From: Octopus vulgaris | Lineage: Eukaryota | Reading direction: 5' to 3' | NCBI GenBank assembly: GCA_951406725.2 | Contig: OX597841.1 | Span: 27,280,001 to 27,344,000, forward strand | Length of the DNA stretch: 64,000 bases | Shown here: in pieces, positions 1 through 12,636 of the stretch | Layout: every line of letters starts with the position of its first letter | Numbering within the stretch: the first letter of the stretch is position 1 | Notes under the pieces: model-generated | The model's database searches: none | Seen by the model: the letters and a program-made list of their open reading frames with translations, nothing else | What the model was told of the DNA's origin: nothing | Position numbers and translations under genes: made by a program

Positions 1-266
1 TCTTTATCCGACGTGGCTTTCATTATTCCTGGTTGCCAGATAGACAATTAACATCACAAGTTCATCCGTTACTGTTGCCTTTCCCAGAAAGACACACTCG
101 TTAGCCTCAATCAAGCTTGCGTTAATTAAACACCACTTCACTCCTTATCTAATTTAATTACATACAAAAAAAAAAAAAAAAAAAAACACCACTCCTGACC
201 TCAACCAACATAGCTACAACCAAAGTACCACTCCTGACCTCAATAAGCCTTCAGCCGACAAGGCCA

Positions 267-1075
267 CCATCATCATCATCATCGTTTAACGTCCGCTTTC
301 CATGCTAGCATGGGTTGGACGGTTCAACTGGGGTCTGGGGAACCCGAAGGCTGCACCAGGCCAGTCAGATCTGGCAATGTTTCTACAGCTGGATGCCCTT
401 CCTAACGCCAAACACTCCGAGAGTGTAGTGGGTGATTTTATGTGCCACCGACACAGATGCCAGACGGCCACGCTCGGATGGTGTTTTATATGTGCCACCG
501 ACACAGGTGCCAGACGAGGCTGGCAAACGACCACGCTCGGATGGTGTTTTTTATGTGCCACCGACACAAGTGCCAGACGAGGCTGACAACGCTCGGATGG
601 TGTTTTTTATGTGCCACCGACACAGGTGCCAGACAAAGCTGGCATACGGCCACGCTCGGATGGTGTTTTTTATGTGCCACCGACACAGGTGCCAGACGAG
701 GCTAGCAGACGGCCACGCTTGGATGGTGTTTTTTATGTGCCACCGACACAGGTGCCAGACGAGGCTGGCGAACGGCCACGCTCGGATGGTGTTTTTTATG
801 TGCCACCGACACAGGTGCCAGACGAGGCTGGCAGACGACCACGCTCGGATAGTGTTTTTTATGTGCCACGGACACAGGTGCCAGACGAGGCTGGCAGACG
901 GCCACGCTCGGATGGTGTTTTTTATGTGCCACCGACACAGGTGCTAGACGAGGCTGGCGAACGGTCACACTCGGATGGTGTTTTTTATGTGCCACGGACA
1001 CAGGTGCCAGACGAGGCTGGCGAACGGCCACGCTTGGATGGTGTTTTATATGTGCCACCGACACAGGTGCCAGAA
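267..1075 (-). mobile_element. Non-autonomous RTE-type retroelement with (GAT)n tail and internal tandem array
   Basis: Minus strand reads GGCGTTAGGAAGGGCATCCAGC...ACCCATGCTAGCATGGAAAGCGGACGTTAAACGATGATGATG; the same module occurs at 60403-60563 (+), with tails at about 2811-2850 and 12575-12620. Confidence 0.7.
435..1075. repeat. 63-bp minisatellite, about 10-11 copies
   Basis: TGTGCCAC recurs at 491, 554, 610, 673, 736, 799, 862, 925, 988 and 1051 (period 63, one 56-bp unit); this explains the 21-aa repeat ORFs. Confidence 0.95.
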
Positions 1076-1308
1076 CAAGCAAATAAGGGAAGCCTCTATG
1101 AAGTCACTAAATGGACCAGGCCTCACTCATATCAAACCTTATGCTCCTAAGGCAGCGATATATGTTGGATAGTGAGGTCCCAGATACCCCTAAAAAGGCT
1201 AGATTGTCACAGCTGGGACACTCTTGATCAAGGCCTATTACCAGACTTTGGTGCCTGATGGGGGGCTTCAGAATATCCCAGGTGGGCACTAATTTGTAAT
1301 AATGTTAA

Positions 1309-1529
1309 CCCTTTAGCGTTCAGAATTATTTGTCAAAAGTAATCCTTATTTATTCACATTTAAAAAAATCTATCTGATATTATCTTGTAGCTTCAAGATT
1401 TGAAAGATGTAATTGCTTATTTTTGGAGTGACATTGCAGGGTAGGTGTGAGATGCCTGGTTCTGGCCAGTTTGAGCATAAAATGTGTAGAATATTTGGGC
1501 CGGATACAGCCGGTTTAAACACTAAAGGG
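1309..1529. mobile_element. piggyBac-type MITE
   Basis: TTAA on both sides; TIRs CCCTTTAGCGTT / AACACTAAAGGG; related copies at 10863-11072 and about 6702-7300 (split by a SINE). Confidence 0.8.
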
Positions 1530-1837
1530 TTAAAGTGGAGTTCCAAAATATAGGCTGTTATTGACTTACAAACGATCAAATTTATGACAATTGGCATGTC
1601 AGCTCCCAGCAGCAATAATAGTCCAGTTGAGATTTAATGGGTTTAATTTCTTAGAAATTAATCCATCTATGGATGATATCAGATAACAAACAATTCCCAA
1701 AGGTTTAATTATCGATCGCCACTGTGGTTATCCCGAGTGTTGGATGAATATCCTGTCACAGAGACACTGAGGCAACCTCATATTTGTTTATAAGACAACA
1801 GTTTGAGACACTGAAATTTTTGACTAATGCCAGTATA

Positions 1838-2434
1838 TATTTCTTTACTGCCCACAAGGGGCTAAACACAAAGGGGACAAAGAAGGACAGACAAACGGAT
1901 TAAGTCGATTACATCAACCCCAGTGCGTAACTGGTACTTAATTTATCAACTCCGAAAGGATGAAAGGCAAAGTCGACCTCGGTGGAATTTGAACTCAGAA
2001 CGCAACGGCAGACGAAACACCTCTTTCTTTATTACCCACAAGGGGCTAAACACAGAGGGGACAAACAAGGACAGACAAACGGATTAAGTCGATTACATCG
2101 ACTCCAGTGCGTAACTGGTACTTTATTTATTGACCCCGAAAGGATGAAAGGCAAAATCGACCTCGGCAGAATTTGAACTCAGAACGCAACGGCAGATGAA
2201 ATACCTATTTCTTTATTACCCACAAGGGGCTAAACACAGAGGGGACAAAGTAGGACAGACAAACGTATTAAGTCGATTATATCGACTCCAGTGCGTAACT
2301 GGTAATTTATTTATTGACCCCGAAAGGATGAAAGGCAAAGCCAACCTCGGCGGAATTTGAGCTCGGAACGTAACGGCAGACGAAATACCGCTAAGCACTT
2401 CACCCGGTGTGCTAACGTTCCTGCCAGCTCGCCC
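1838..2434 (-). mobile_element. SINE family B trimer (tRNA-like head plus 3 body units)
   Basis: Head GGCGAGCTGGCAGGAACGTTAGCAC; core GCCTTTCATCCTTTCGGGGTCAATAAAT resembling conserved Nin/Deu/Meta-type SINE domains; units of about 185-190 bp. Confidence 0.85.
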
Positions 2435-3019
2435 TGAGAAAGTACCTTAAGAATGTAAAAATATAAACACAGCAATGTAGGCCTATAGGCCAACATAGGA
2501 CCAGTCAGTCAGAACCAATTGTGGTCATAAGTCAATAACAACCTGTAAGTGTATCATTGTAAATTTGAGGGTGCGCCACTGAATAATCCTTTCTACTATA
2601 GGCACAAGGCCTGATTTTTGTCAGTAGGGGACAAGTCAAGTCAATCACATTGACCCCAGTGTTTAACTCGTATTTAATTTATCGACCCCCAAAAGGATGA
2701 AAGGTAAAGTTGACCTCAGCATAATTTGAACTCAGAATGTAACGTCAGGCAAAATACCTACTTCTTTACTACCCACAAGGGGCTAAACATAGAGGGGACA
2801 AACAAGGACAAAGCGGACGTTAAACGATGATGATGATGACGATGATGATGGATACAATTTAAATGTATCAATATGTGAGAGGGAGAGAGAAGAGAGACAG
2901 ACAGATAGAGAAGCTTTAATGATTGATCAAAAATGATCCAAAAAGTGCCAACATGTATAAGGTGTGAAAGAAAGAAAGAGAGACAGGTAGAAAAACAGGC
3001 AGAGGGGGACAAGCCTTTA

Positions 3020-3245
3020 TACTCTTTACTCTTTTACTTGTTTCAGTCATTTGACTACGGCCATGCTGGAGCACCACCTTTTTTAATCGAGCAACTCGAC
3101 CCCGAGAATTATTCTTTTGTAAGCCCAGTACTTATTCTATCGGTCTCTTTTGCCGAACCGCTAAGTAACGGGGACATAATCACACCAGCATCGGTTGTCA
3201 AGCAATACTAGGGGGACAAACACAGACACACAAACACACACACGC

Positions 3246-3282
<37 letters not shown>

Positions 3283-3443
3283 TACGACGGGCTTCTTTCA
3301 GTTTCCGCCTACCAAATCCACTCACAAGGCTTTGGTCGGCCCGAGGCTATAGTAGAAGACACTTGCCCAAGATGCCACGCAGTGGGACTGAACCCGGAAC
3401 CATGTGGTTGGTAGACAAGCTACTTACCACACAGCCACTCCTG
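3020..3443 (-). mobile_element. SINE family A, full length
   Basis: tRNA-like head AGGAGTGGCTGTGTGGTAAG...GGTTCAGTCCC, internal (TA)n(TG)n, GTAAAAGAG tail. Confidence 0.9.
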
Positions 3444-3624
3444 TTTATGAATGATAAAAAATATAATAAAAGGTGCCAAAATGCAAGTGTGTGTGTGTAT
3501 GTGTGTGTGTATAAGCAAAGCTTTTATGAATGATCAAAAGTATTTCATACAACTGAAATACACTAGCATATCCGTGTGTGTGAGAGGCCTTTTTGAATAA
3601 TCAAAAACTCTTGATATTTTAACT

Positions 3625-4226
3625 TATTTCTTTATTACCCACAAGGGGCTAAACACAGAGGGGACAAGGGGACAAGGACAGACAAACGGATTAATTCGAT
3701 TATATCGCCCCCAGTGCATAACTGGTCCTTAATTTATCGACCCCGAAAGGATGAAAGGCAAAGTCGACCTCGGCGGAATTTGAACTTAGAACGTAATGAC
3801 AGACTAAATACCTATTTCTTTACTACCCACAAGGGCTAAACACAGAGAGGACAAACAAGGACAGACATAGGTATTAAGTCGATTACATCTATCCCAGTGC
3901 GTAACTGGTACTTAATTTATCGACCCTGAAAGGATGAAAGGCAAAGTCGACCTCGGCGGAATTTGAACTTAGAACGTAATGACAGACAAAATACCTATTT
4001 CTTTACTACCCACAAGGGGCTAAACACAGAGGGGACAAACAAGGACAGACAAATGAATTAAGTCGATTATATTGCCCCCAGTGCATAACTGGTCCTTAAT
4101 TTATCGACCCCGAAAGGATGAAAGGCAAAGTCGACCTCGGCGGAATTTGAACTCAGAACGTAACGGCAGATGAAATACGGCTACGCATTTCGCCCGGCGT
4201 GCTAACGTTTCCGCCAGCTCGCCGCC
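3625..4226 (-). mobile_element. SINE family B trimer
   Basis: Three tandem body units, with the head at about 4170-4226. Confidence 0.85.
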
Positions 4227-5057
4227 CTCTTGATATTTTAACTGAAATGTGACATGTATATATGTTATTTGCATGTGTGAGGCCTCTACAAATAATCAGA
4301 AATACAGACAGATTCCAATATGTATAATATATGTGTGTATATGTCTGTGTGTGAGGCATTCATGAATGACCAAACAATACTCAATGCAGATGAACTGTGT
4401 CAACATATGCACGCATGTGTGTGTCTGTGTGTCTGTGTCTATGCCAAAAACACTGAATATGCAAGTTATTTCCATTCTTGTTTTACTGCTTGTCACCAGA
4501 CTGTGGCCATGCTGGATCACCCTTTCAAATGTTTCGCTAGGATAACATCAAGTCGACCTTGGCATTTGAACTCAGAACGTAACGGCAGACGAAATACGGC
4601 TACGCAATTCGCCCAGTTGCTAACGTTTCCGAGTCACCCTCTTCAGGATATGATGAGATTGTAAGAGACATTACTGTTTTTGATGATGAGATCAGCACAA
4701 GGATGAAACATGATGAGAGTTATTTCTTCATAGTTAGCAGTGGGGAGGGGAGAATGAACAGAAAAATATCATTATTTACATTTGACGCATGTGTGTATGT
4801 GTGTGTCTGTGTCTATGCTATAGAAGGCTTTTATGAATGGCCCAAAACACTGAATATGCAAGTTATTTCCAGCCTTCATCAGGTGTCTTGGGGAAATTTC
4901 GAAACTGGGTTCTCATTCCTAAGGTATTTTTCAATATTGCCCAGGCTCCCATCTACTTCTAATTTTATCAATCACAGACGAGTAACCCTTTCGAAGTGCC
5001 TCCCCCTATTGGGAGTTTCAATTGTTACTTATTTTCGTTGTTATCCTGATTTTGTAC

Positions 5058-5161
5058 ATGGACCTTTTTCAAACAGACAAAACCCTTCGTGACTTTCGTC
5101 CTGTGTTTTGTCCCTTTATGTTTTAATTGATTTTTGTTAGCCCTTGTGGCCAATAAACGAA

Positions 5162-5192
<31 letters not shown>

Positions 5193-5376
5193 TATTATTA
5201 TTCAGGTCACTGCTTGGAATCGAACTCGGAATCTTGGGATTAGTAGCCTGCGCTCTTAACCACTATGCCATGGACCTTTTTCAAACAGACAAAACCCTTT
5301 GTAACTTTCGTCCTGTGTTTTGTCCCTTTATGTTTTAATTGATTTTTGTTAGCCCTTGTGGCCAATAAACGAACAA

Positions 5377-5422
<46 letters not shown>

Positions 5423-5969
5423 TCACTGCTTGGAATCGAACTCGGAATCTTGGGATTAGTAGCCTGCGCTCTTAACCACTATGCCATATCGGACAAAACC
5501 CTTTGTAACTTTCGTCCTGTGTTTTGTCCCTTTATGTTTTAATTAATTTTTATTAGCCCTTGTGGCCAATAAATGAACAAATTTTTATTATTATTATTAT
5601 TATTATTATTCAGGTCACTGCTTGGAATCGAACTCGGAATCTTTGGGTTAGTAGCCCGCGCTCTTAACCAATATGCCATATCGGACAAAACCCTTTGTAA
5701 CTTTCGTCCTGTGTTTTGTCCCTTTATGTTTTCATTGATTTTTGTTAGCCCTTGTGACCAATAAACAAACAAATTATTATTATTATTATTATTATTATTT
5801 TTCTTATTCAGGTCACTGCTTGGAATCGAACTCGGAATCTTGGGATTAGTAGCCTGCGCTCTTAACCACTATGCCATATCGGACAAAACCCTTGTAACTT
5901 TCGTCCTGTGTTTTGTCCCTTTATGTTTTAATTGATTTTTGTTAGCCCTTGTGACCAATAAACAAACAA

Positions 5970-6003
<34 letters not shown>

Positions 6004-6045
6004 TCACTGCTTGGAATCGAACTCGGAATCTTGGGATTAGTAGCG
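5058..6045. repeat. Tandem array of about 200-bp units: LINE-like 3' end (+), (TTA)n, tRNA-like head (-)
   Basis: Five units; heads TTCAGGTCACTGCTTGGAATCGAACTCGG at about 5201, 5417, 5609, 5807 and 5998, with a sixth head at about 6355-6430. Confidence 0.85.
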
Positions 6046-6829
6046 GACTCGCGCTCTTCGCATGCCATATCGCGGACAAAACCCTTTCGTAATTCCCAGA
6101 CCGGTTTTGCGTTGTGAGTGTTTATTGAGCGAAAACACCTAAAAGCTCCACGAGGCTCCGGCAAAGATGGTTGTGATCCCTGCTGTACTCTTTCTCCCAC
6201 TCTTTCTTCTGTCGGCCTCCTCGCTTAGCCAGCTTGGGATTAGTGGCGTCGTTCCAAGGTTAAAACAATATCGAACGCATTGTGACCAGCGATGTGTAAC
6301 TACATCTGATGGTCTGGTCGGTCACGTGATCACGCGATTATTATTATTATTATTACAGGTCACTGCTTGGAATCGAACTCGGAATCTTTGGGTTAGTAGC
6401 CCGCGCTCTTAACCGCTACACCATATGCCCGTGGGCATACTCAGTGCAGATGAAATGTGCCAACATATGCACGCATGACTGGGTAACACATTTGTTCCCG
6501 ACACCCAAACACACTCTAACCCTCTACCAGCCTACTTCACTGCATAATTTCAAGCTGGTAATTTTGTTGTTGTTTTTTATTTTTTGACTCGCCAGTGCAT
6601 GAAACATAATGACACTCACTTGCCAAACCCTATGTTGTCGTCACTGCTACCATAAACATTGCAAGCATACTTTTCATTCTCCTACACAACAGAGCTTCGC
6701 TTTAACCCATCAGTGTTTCAATCGGCCCACACCACATCCGGACAAAAATATTCTACTTCTTTCACCTTCAAACTAGCCAGATCTGGTCTCTCATACCGAC
6801 CCTACATTGTCATTCGAGAAATAAACAAG

Positions 6830-7230
6830 TGTGGCTGGCTGTATGGTAAGAAGGTTGCTTACCAACCACATGGTTCCGGGTTCAGTCCCACTGCGTGGAA
6901 GCTTGGGCAAGTGTCTTCTACTGTAGCCTCGGGACGACCAAAGCCTTGAGTGGATTTGGAAGAGGGAAACTGAGAGAAGCCTGTCAAATATATATATATA
7001 TGCACATATATGTACATATCAGTGTGTGTGTGAGAGGGAGACACCTCCTTCGCCTGACAACCGATGTTTGTGTGTTTACATCCTTGTAACTTAGTGGTTC
7101 AGCAAAAGTGGCCGATAGAATAAGTACCAGGCTCACGAAGAATAAATTCTTGGAGGTCGAATTGTTCGACTAAAAGCGATGCTCTAGCATGGTCACAGTG
7201 AAAAAGTCTGAAACAAGTGAAGAGAATAAA
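6830..7230 (+). mobile_element. SINE family A, diverged
   Basis: Colinear similarity to the other family A copies; inserted in a piggyBac-type MITE. Confidence 0.75.
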
Positions 7231-7946
7231 AAACAATCTCATCATTGAAATCTCAAGGCTATGAGGTAACGCATGATTAATTTAAAACAATGTGAACAAA
7301 AGCACGATGGCCCTCTTTCAGTTTCCACCATATCCACCCACAAGGCTACAGAAGACACATGCCCAAGGTGCTACAGAGTGGGATTGAACCTGAAACTATT
7401 AGGTTGAGAAGCTAACTGCTTACCACATGGCCATGCCATTTTTACAAACTTTATTGCACCCAATTAGTTTCCTAAACGAGTGGGGACTGAGGAAAGTAAT
7501 AAACTCAATTAACAAACAGGTTGCTAATAAACTATATGGTAGGAGAATAAACTACCTTAACGACTATAAAATAAATCAATAAAAAAAAGTTAATAAACTA
7601 TATTAGTAATATAATAAACATCATGTTAATATTATTTAATAGTAATTTTATTTTAGGCACAGGGGTAGCTGTAGGGTTAAGAAGCTTGCTTCCCAACCAT
7701 CTGGTCTTGGGTTCGATTTCACTGCACAGCACCTTGGGCATGTGACTTGACTTTGACTATAGCCCTGGGCTGACAAAAGCATTGGTCAGCAGGACTAAAT
7801 CTTCAACCATGAGGTTGGGAAGCAAATTTCTAACTACACAACTACACCTATGTATACATGCACACACATCTGGATGTGTGTATGTATCACTCCCACTATA
7901 TATCTATCTATATATATATATATATATATATCTATATATATATAAA

Positions 7947-8458
7947 GACAGGGGTATGGCCTGGTCAGCCTGTAATGACATGCATAAGATCTGGTCATCA
8001 AATCTAAGTAGAGACTTCAAACTTGAAATCTTCAAAGCCACAGTCGAACCAATTCTACTATATGGCTCAGAAACCTGGACGTTATCAAAGAAGCTTGAGA
8101 GGCGGTTGGATGGAACCTACACTCGCCTCCTTATGAGAGCTCAAAATCTCTCGTGGAAGCAACATCCAACCAAAATGCAAATATATGGGAAACTACCACC
8201 TGTGTCATCTCTTGTGAAAGGTAGGAGAGTCCAGTTTGCTGGACATTGTTGTAGAGCTGAAAACGAGGTAATTTCTTCTCTTCTCCTCTGGAAGCCATCT
8301 GCTGCGATACCAGAGGGCGCACACTCTCCTACCCTGATGTAATCTCCAGGGATACAGGCATCCAGCAACAGGACCTCCGTAATGCCATGATGGACCGTGA
8401 AGTCTGGCGTAGCATGGTAAATTCCATTGTCTCGACCACAGTCGAACAATGATGGTGA

Positions 8459-8460
<2 letters not shown>
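7947..8460 (+). pseudogene. RTE-clade LINE 3' fragment (C-terminal to RT), frameshifted
   Basis: KATVEPILLYGSETWTL...RRVQFAGHCCR...AMMDREVWRSMV is a typical RTE C-terminus; 1-nt loss near 8305 relative to the second copy; (TGA)n tail. Confidence 0.9.
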
Positions 8461-8507
<47 letters not shown>

Positions 8508-8515
8508 CATACATA

Positions 8516-8768
8516 TCATCTCTTGTGAAAGGCAGAAGAGTCCAGTTTGCTGAAACGAGAGCTGAAAACGAGGCAATTTCTACTCATCTCCTCTGGAAGC
8601 CATCTGCTCGCGATACCAGAGGGCGCACACTCTCCTACCCTGATGTAATCTCCAGGGATACAGGCATCCAGCAACAGGACCTCTGTAATGCCATGATGGA
8701 CCGTGAAGTCTGGTGTAGCATGGTAAATTCCATTGTCTCGACCACGGTCGAACAATGATGATGATGAT
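8516..8768 (+). pseudogene. Second, shorter RTE LINE 3' fragment
   Basis: Near-identical to 8205-8460; KGRRVQFA...STTVEQ* followed by (TGA)n. Confidence 0.9.
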
Positions 8769-9742
8769 ATATAAAGAGAGACCTTTGGTGATAGGCCATG
8801 CTTGAAAAGACCCATCAAGCCAAGTGAACTCATAGTCGTGGCTGGTTTCACGTAACTGGCACCAATGCCAGTGGCATGTAAAAAGCACCATTCAAGTGCA
8901 GGGCTTCAGAGGTAATGTAACCAATGCCGGCATCATAAACCAGATTTGGCCTCTTATGCCTACCCGACAATGTCATTCTAAAAATAAGATGACTATAGAA
9001 TTTCCTTTTAAAATCCAAGCTTTGAGCTATACTCACTGTATAAGACTATTTGGCAATATTTCACCCTTGATGCAGTGGCTGGAAGGTGTGTAAAGTAGAC
9101 CCCAGGTTTTAAACATTTTTATTTTAATATAACCTTACCGTTAATTCAGCTTCCGAAACATATCTGTTACCCTCGGATTATGCATTTTAGTCATTGGATT
9201 GCGGCCATGCAGGGACACCATATTGAAAGTGTGGTACTAAGGGAAAATGCTTTGAATTACAGATGCAAACCATTTGACAGGCTTCCACATAGTTTCCACC
9301 TACCTGATATCACTCACAAGGCATACGTCAACCTAAGGCTATGAGGTGGGGACAAAAACACTTGCCTAAGAAGCCATGGTGTGAGATCCAGCCTGAGTCC
9401 TTGTGGTGGTACAGCACCTTGGACAAGTGTCTTCTACTAAAGCCCCAGGCCAACCAAAGCCTTGTAAGTGGGTTTGGTAGATTGAAACTGAAAGAAACCC
9501 ATCATGTGTGTGGGTGGGTGTGTCTTTGTGTTTGTACCCCAACACTGCTTGAGAAGTGGTGTTTGTTTATGTCTCCGTAACTTAGCAGTTCAGTAAAAGA
9601 GACCAACAGAGTAAGTACCAGACTTTAAAAAAAAAGTACTAGGGTTGATTTATTCAACTATATCTTTCAAAGTGGTGCCCCAGCATGGCCAAAGTTCAAT
9701 GACTTAAACCAGTACAAGATAAAAGATAAATACACACACACT

Positions 9743-9793
<51 letters not shown>

Positions 9794-9974
9794 GCAGGTG
9801 CATATATAAACAAGCGAACAATGCTACCATAAAAATTCACAAATAAACAAATTTATTTTTGAGACATTTATCAGACCTAATTTACTCTGCTTAGCATAAT
9901 TTTCATATGAATACACACAAGCATGTGCGTGAATTTTGGAGTTTGTTATAAAAGAATTCTGTGGCTTACAACAA

Positions 9975-10376
9975 GAAGTTAAGTTAAGTTAATTTTTTGG
10001 CTCAAAAAGCAAAAAGCAAGGCCATGTAGGGGGACAGGGAGGGTGGTCATACAAAGAGTTCAGGCCATTTCTGGTCTAGAGAGACTTTGAACCGAGCGGT
10101 CGTCGGCATCTTCACTATCTCGTCCGGCAGCTTATTCCACGGATCCGCAACCCGGACGGAGAAAGCCCCTCTCCTTCGATTGAGATGAAATCGTCGCAGA
10201 TAGAGCTATTCGGAGTGACCCCACAGCCGACGCTCTGGAGCAGGAGTGAAGAACAGCTCTTTCCAGAGGTTACACTTTCCGCTTATGATGTTGTGAGCGA
10301 GAATGAGATCACCACGGCGGTGGCATTTTTCTAGAGAATAAAGGTCGAGCGTCTTCAGCCTTTCTTCATAAGACAA
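9975..10376 (-). pseudogene. CR1-clade LINE 3' fragment
   Basis: Minus translation LSYEERLKTLDLYSLE...RGDLI...FSVRVADPWNKLP...FKVSLD; (AACTT)n-type tail. Confidence 0.88.
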
Positions 10377-10394
10377 ATAATAATAATAATAATA

Positions 10395-10656
10395 ATTTTA
10401 ATTTAATTTAATTTTTTGGCTCAAAAAGCAAAAGGCAAGGCCATGTAGGGGGACATGGAGTTATGTACAGGGAGGGTGTTCATGCAAAGAGTTCAGGCCA
10501 TTTCTGGTCAAGAGAGACTTTGAACCGAGCGGTCGTCGGCATCTTCACTATCTCGTCCGGCAGCTTATTCCACGGATCCGCAACCCGGACGGAGAAAGCC
10601 CCTCTCCTTCAATTGAGATGAAATCGTCGCAGATAGAGCTTTTCAGAGTGAGCCCG
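10395..10656 (-). pseudogene. Second CR1 LINE 3' fragment
   Basis: Duplicates about 9990-10215. Confidence 0.85.
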
Positions 10657-10731
10657 AAGGTTTTAAAATATGGAGATTCTATTAAGCCAACAGCCAAAAC
10701 ATCCTTTCATCAAATTTCTTATTGTGTTTAA

Positions 10732-11162
10732 CCCTTCTGATACCAACCCACTTGAGAATGGCCTTGCTTCTATGACACAAACTTCCTGTTGTAAAGTGAT
10801 TTAAATTAAAACCTTTTCCCATCAAAATCCCCTGTTCCTTTATGTCCCAACTATCAGCTTAATCCTTTAGTATTTAAACCGGCCAAAATAGTTAATCTGT
10901 TTTATGTTCAAACTGACCAGATCCAGGCCCTCACACCTACCCTACAATGTTATTCTACATTAAGTAAGTACACCATCAAGATCTTCAAGATATGAGATAA
11001 TGCATGATTAATTAAAATCAATGGGAATCAATAAGCATTATGTTTGATAGAATAATCTGAACACTAAAAGGATTAAATATCATAAAGGAATTTTACAAAA
11101 TTCTTCATTCTTTTCTTGAAACAAAGACAGGGTATTTCAAAAGAAATATAGTAACAAAAGGG
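10732..11162. mobile_element. piggyBac-type MITE with a second MITE nested at a TTAA
   Basis: Outer ends TTAACCCTT...AAGGGTT; inner element 10863-11072 flanked by TTAA; a related outer copy at about 11683-11860 has an empty CAGCTTAA site. Confidence 0.65.
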
Positions 11163-11273
11163 TTTTAAATTAGGACCACATCAATCAGTGACAAAGTTCT
11201 ATATTTAAAGAGATGAGGAATTATGTACATTATTTACATTCGACGGATATTTGTCCTCATCTTGTTTGTTATT

Positions 11274-11319
11274 AACACAACGTTTCGGCTGATATACCCT
11301 CCAGCCTTCATCAGGTGTC
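11274..11319 (-). ncRNA. Minimal type I hammerhead ribozyme
   Basis: GACAC CUGAUGA A GGCUG gaggguauau CAGCC GAAACGUU GUGUU: intact core, 5-bp stem II, palindromic AACGUU stem III, stem I GACAC/GUGUU. Confidence 0.8.
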
Positions 11320-11544
11320 TTGGGGAAATTTCGAACCTGGGTTCTCATTCCTAAGATATTTCTCGATGTCATTCTAATTATAATTATTATTCAGGTCACT
11401 GCCTATGGGCATATGGCGTAGTGGTTAAGAGCATGGCTACTAACCCCAAGATTCCGAGTTCAATTCCAGGCAGTGACCTGAATAGTAATAATAATATCGA
11501 AAAATACCTTAGGAATGAGAACCTAGGTTCGAAATTTCCCCAAG

Positions 11545-11589
11545 GCACCTGATGAGGGCTGGAGGGTATATCAGCCGAAACACTGTGTT
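11545..11589 (+). ncRNA. Hammerhead ribozyme copy with degenerate stem III
   Basis: GCAC CUGAUGA G GGCUG...CAGCC GAAACACU GUGUU. Confidence 0.6.
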
Positions 11590-11859
11590 AACAACAAACA
11601 AGATGAGGACAAATATCCGTCAAATGTAAATAAAGTCACTATGTAATAGTCAAATATCCTCGCACACCAAATTGCTTATCTTTAACCTTTCAAAATACCA
11701 ACCGACCTGAGACTGCCCCTAATCCAATGATAAAATTGTATGGTTTTTAAAGTGATCAAAATATAAAACCCCTCTCAAAACTCCATGTTATGTCCCAAAT
11801 ACCAGCTTAAAAATGATAGTCATTTTACAAATATCTATATTTTCAAAGTTAATTTAACA

Positions 11860-12240
11860 AAGGGCATAGGCATGGCTAGGTGGTAAGAAGCTTGCTTCCC
11901 AACTACATGGTTCCTGGTTCAGTCCCACTGCATGGCACCATGGGCAAGTGTCTTCTACTATAGCCTCAGGCTGACCAAAACCTTGTGAGTGAATTTGGTA
12001 GACGGAAACTGAAAGAATCCCATCATGTATCTGTGTATGTGTGCGTGTTTGTCCCATCATTGCCTGACAACTGGTGTTGCTAAGTTTGCGTACCATAACT
12101 TAGCGGTTCGGCAAAAGACCGACAGAATAAGGACCAGGCTTTAAAAGATTATAAGCACTGGGATCGATTCATTCGACCAAAAATTCTTCAATACGATGCC
12201 CCAGCATGGCCGCAGTCTAATAACTGAAACGAGTAGAAAA
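11860..12240 (+). mobile_element. SINE family A, diverged
   Basis: Colinear similarity to family A. Confidence 0.75.
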
Positions 12241-12476
12241 TGGAAGATATCTTCAACAGGAATTTAAACAAAAGGGGCAAATTCCAACACAAATAAGGTA
12301 ATGAAGGGGGGTTGATCAACTAACTTCTTTCCTTTAAAACTTGCGGCTTTGTACTTTGTTATTATTACTAATTACTTCTAGTACTACTGCTACTAATAAG
12401 GGGAATATTCCTTATATTGTTTGATTTTATGTTTTCATTTCTCCTTGTGTTCTATGTTTATTTGTGGTGTCCTGTA

Positions 12477-12543
<67 letters not shown>

Positions 12544-12636
12544 ACGTTATATATATATATGGGAACGTTATTGTCCAACCCATGCTAGCATGGAAAGCGG
12601 ACGTTAAACGATGATGATGATATATATATATATATA

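Larger units (their letters stand above)
11194..11635. mobile_element. Inverted pair of a tRNA-headed, hammerhead-containing element
   Basis: 11230-11404 is the reverse complement of about 11469-11633; tRNA-like head at 11407-11478 in the centre. Confidence 0.8.

Noticed and set aside
432-1150. ORFs with 21-aa repeats; CRISPR-like periodicity
   Set aside because: Several frames are open because the unit is 63 bp; the units are near-identical with no unique spacers and no cas genes; eukaryotic minisatellite
11407-11478. Functional tRNA gene (ACT anticodon)
   Set aside because: Acceptor and anticodon stems do not pair properly; multi-copy element head
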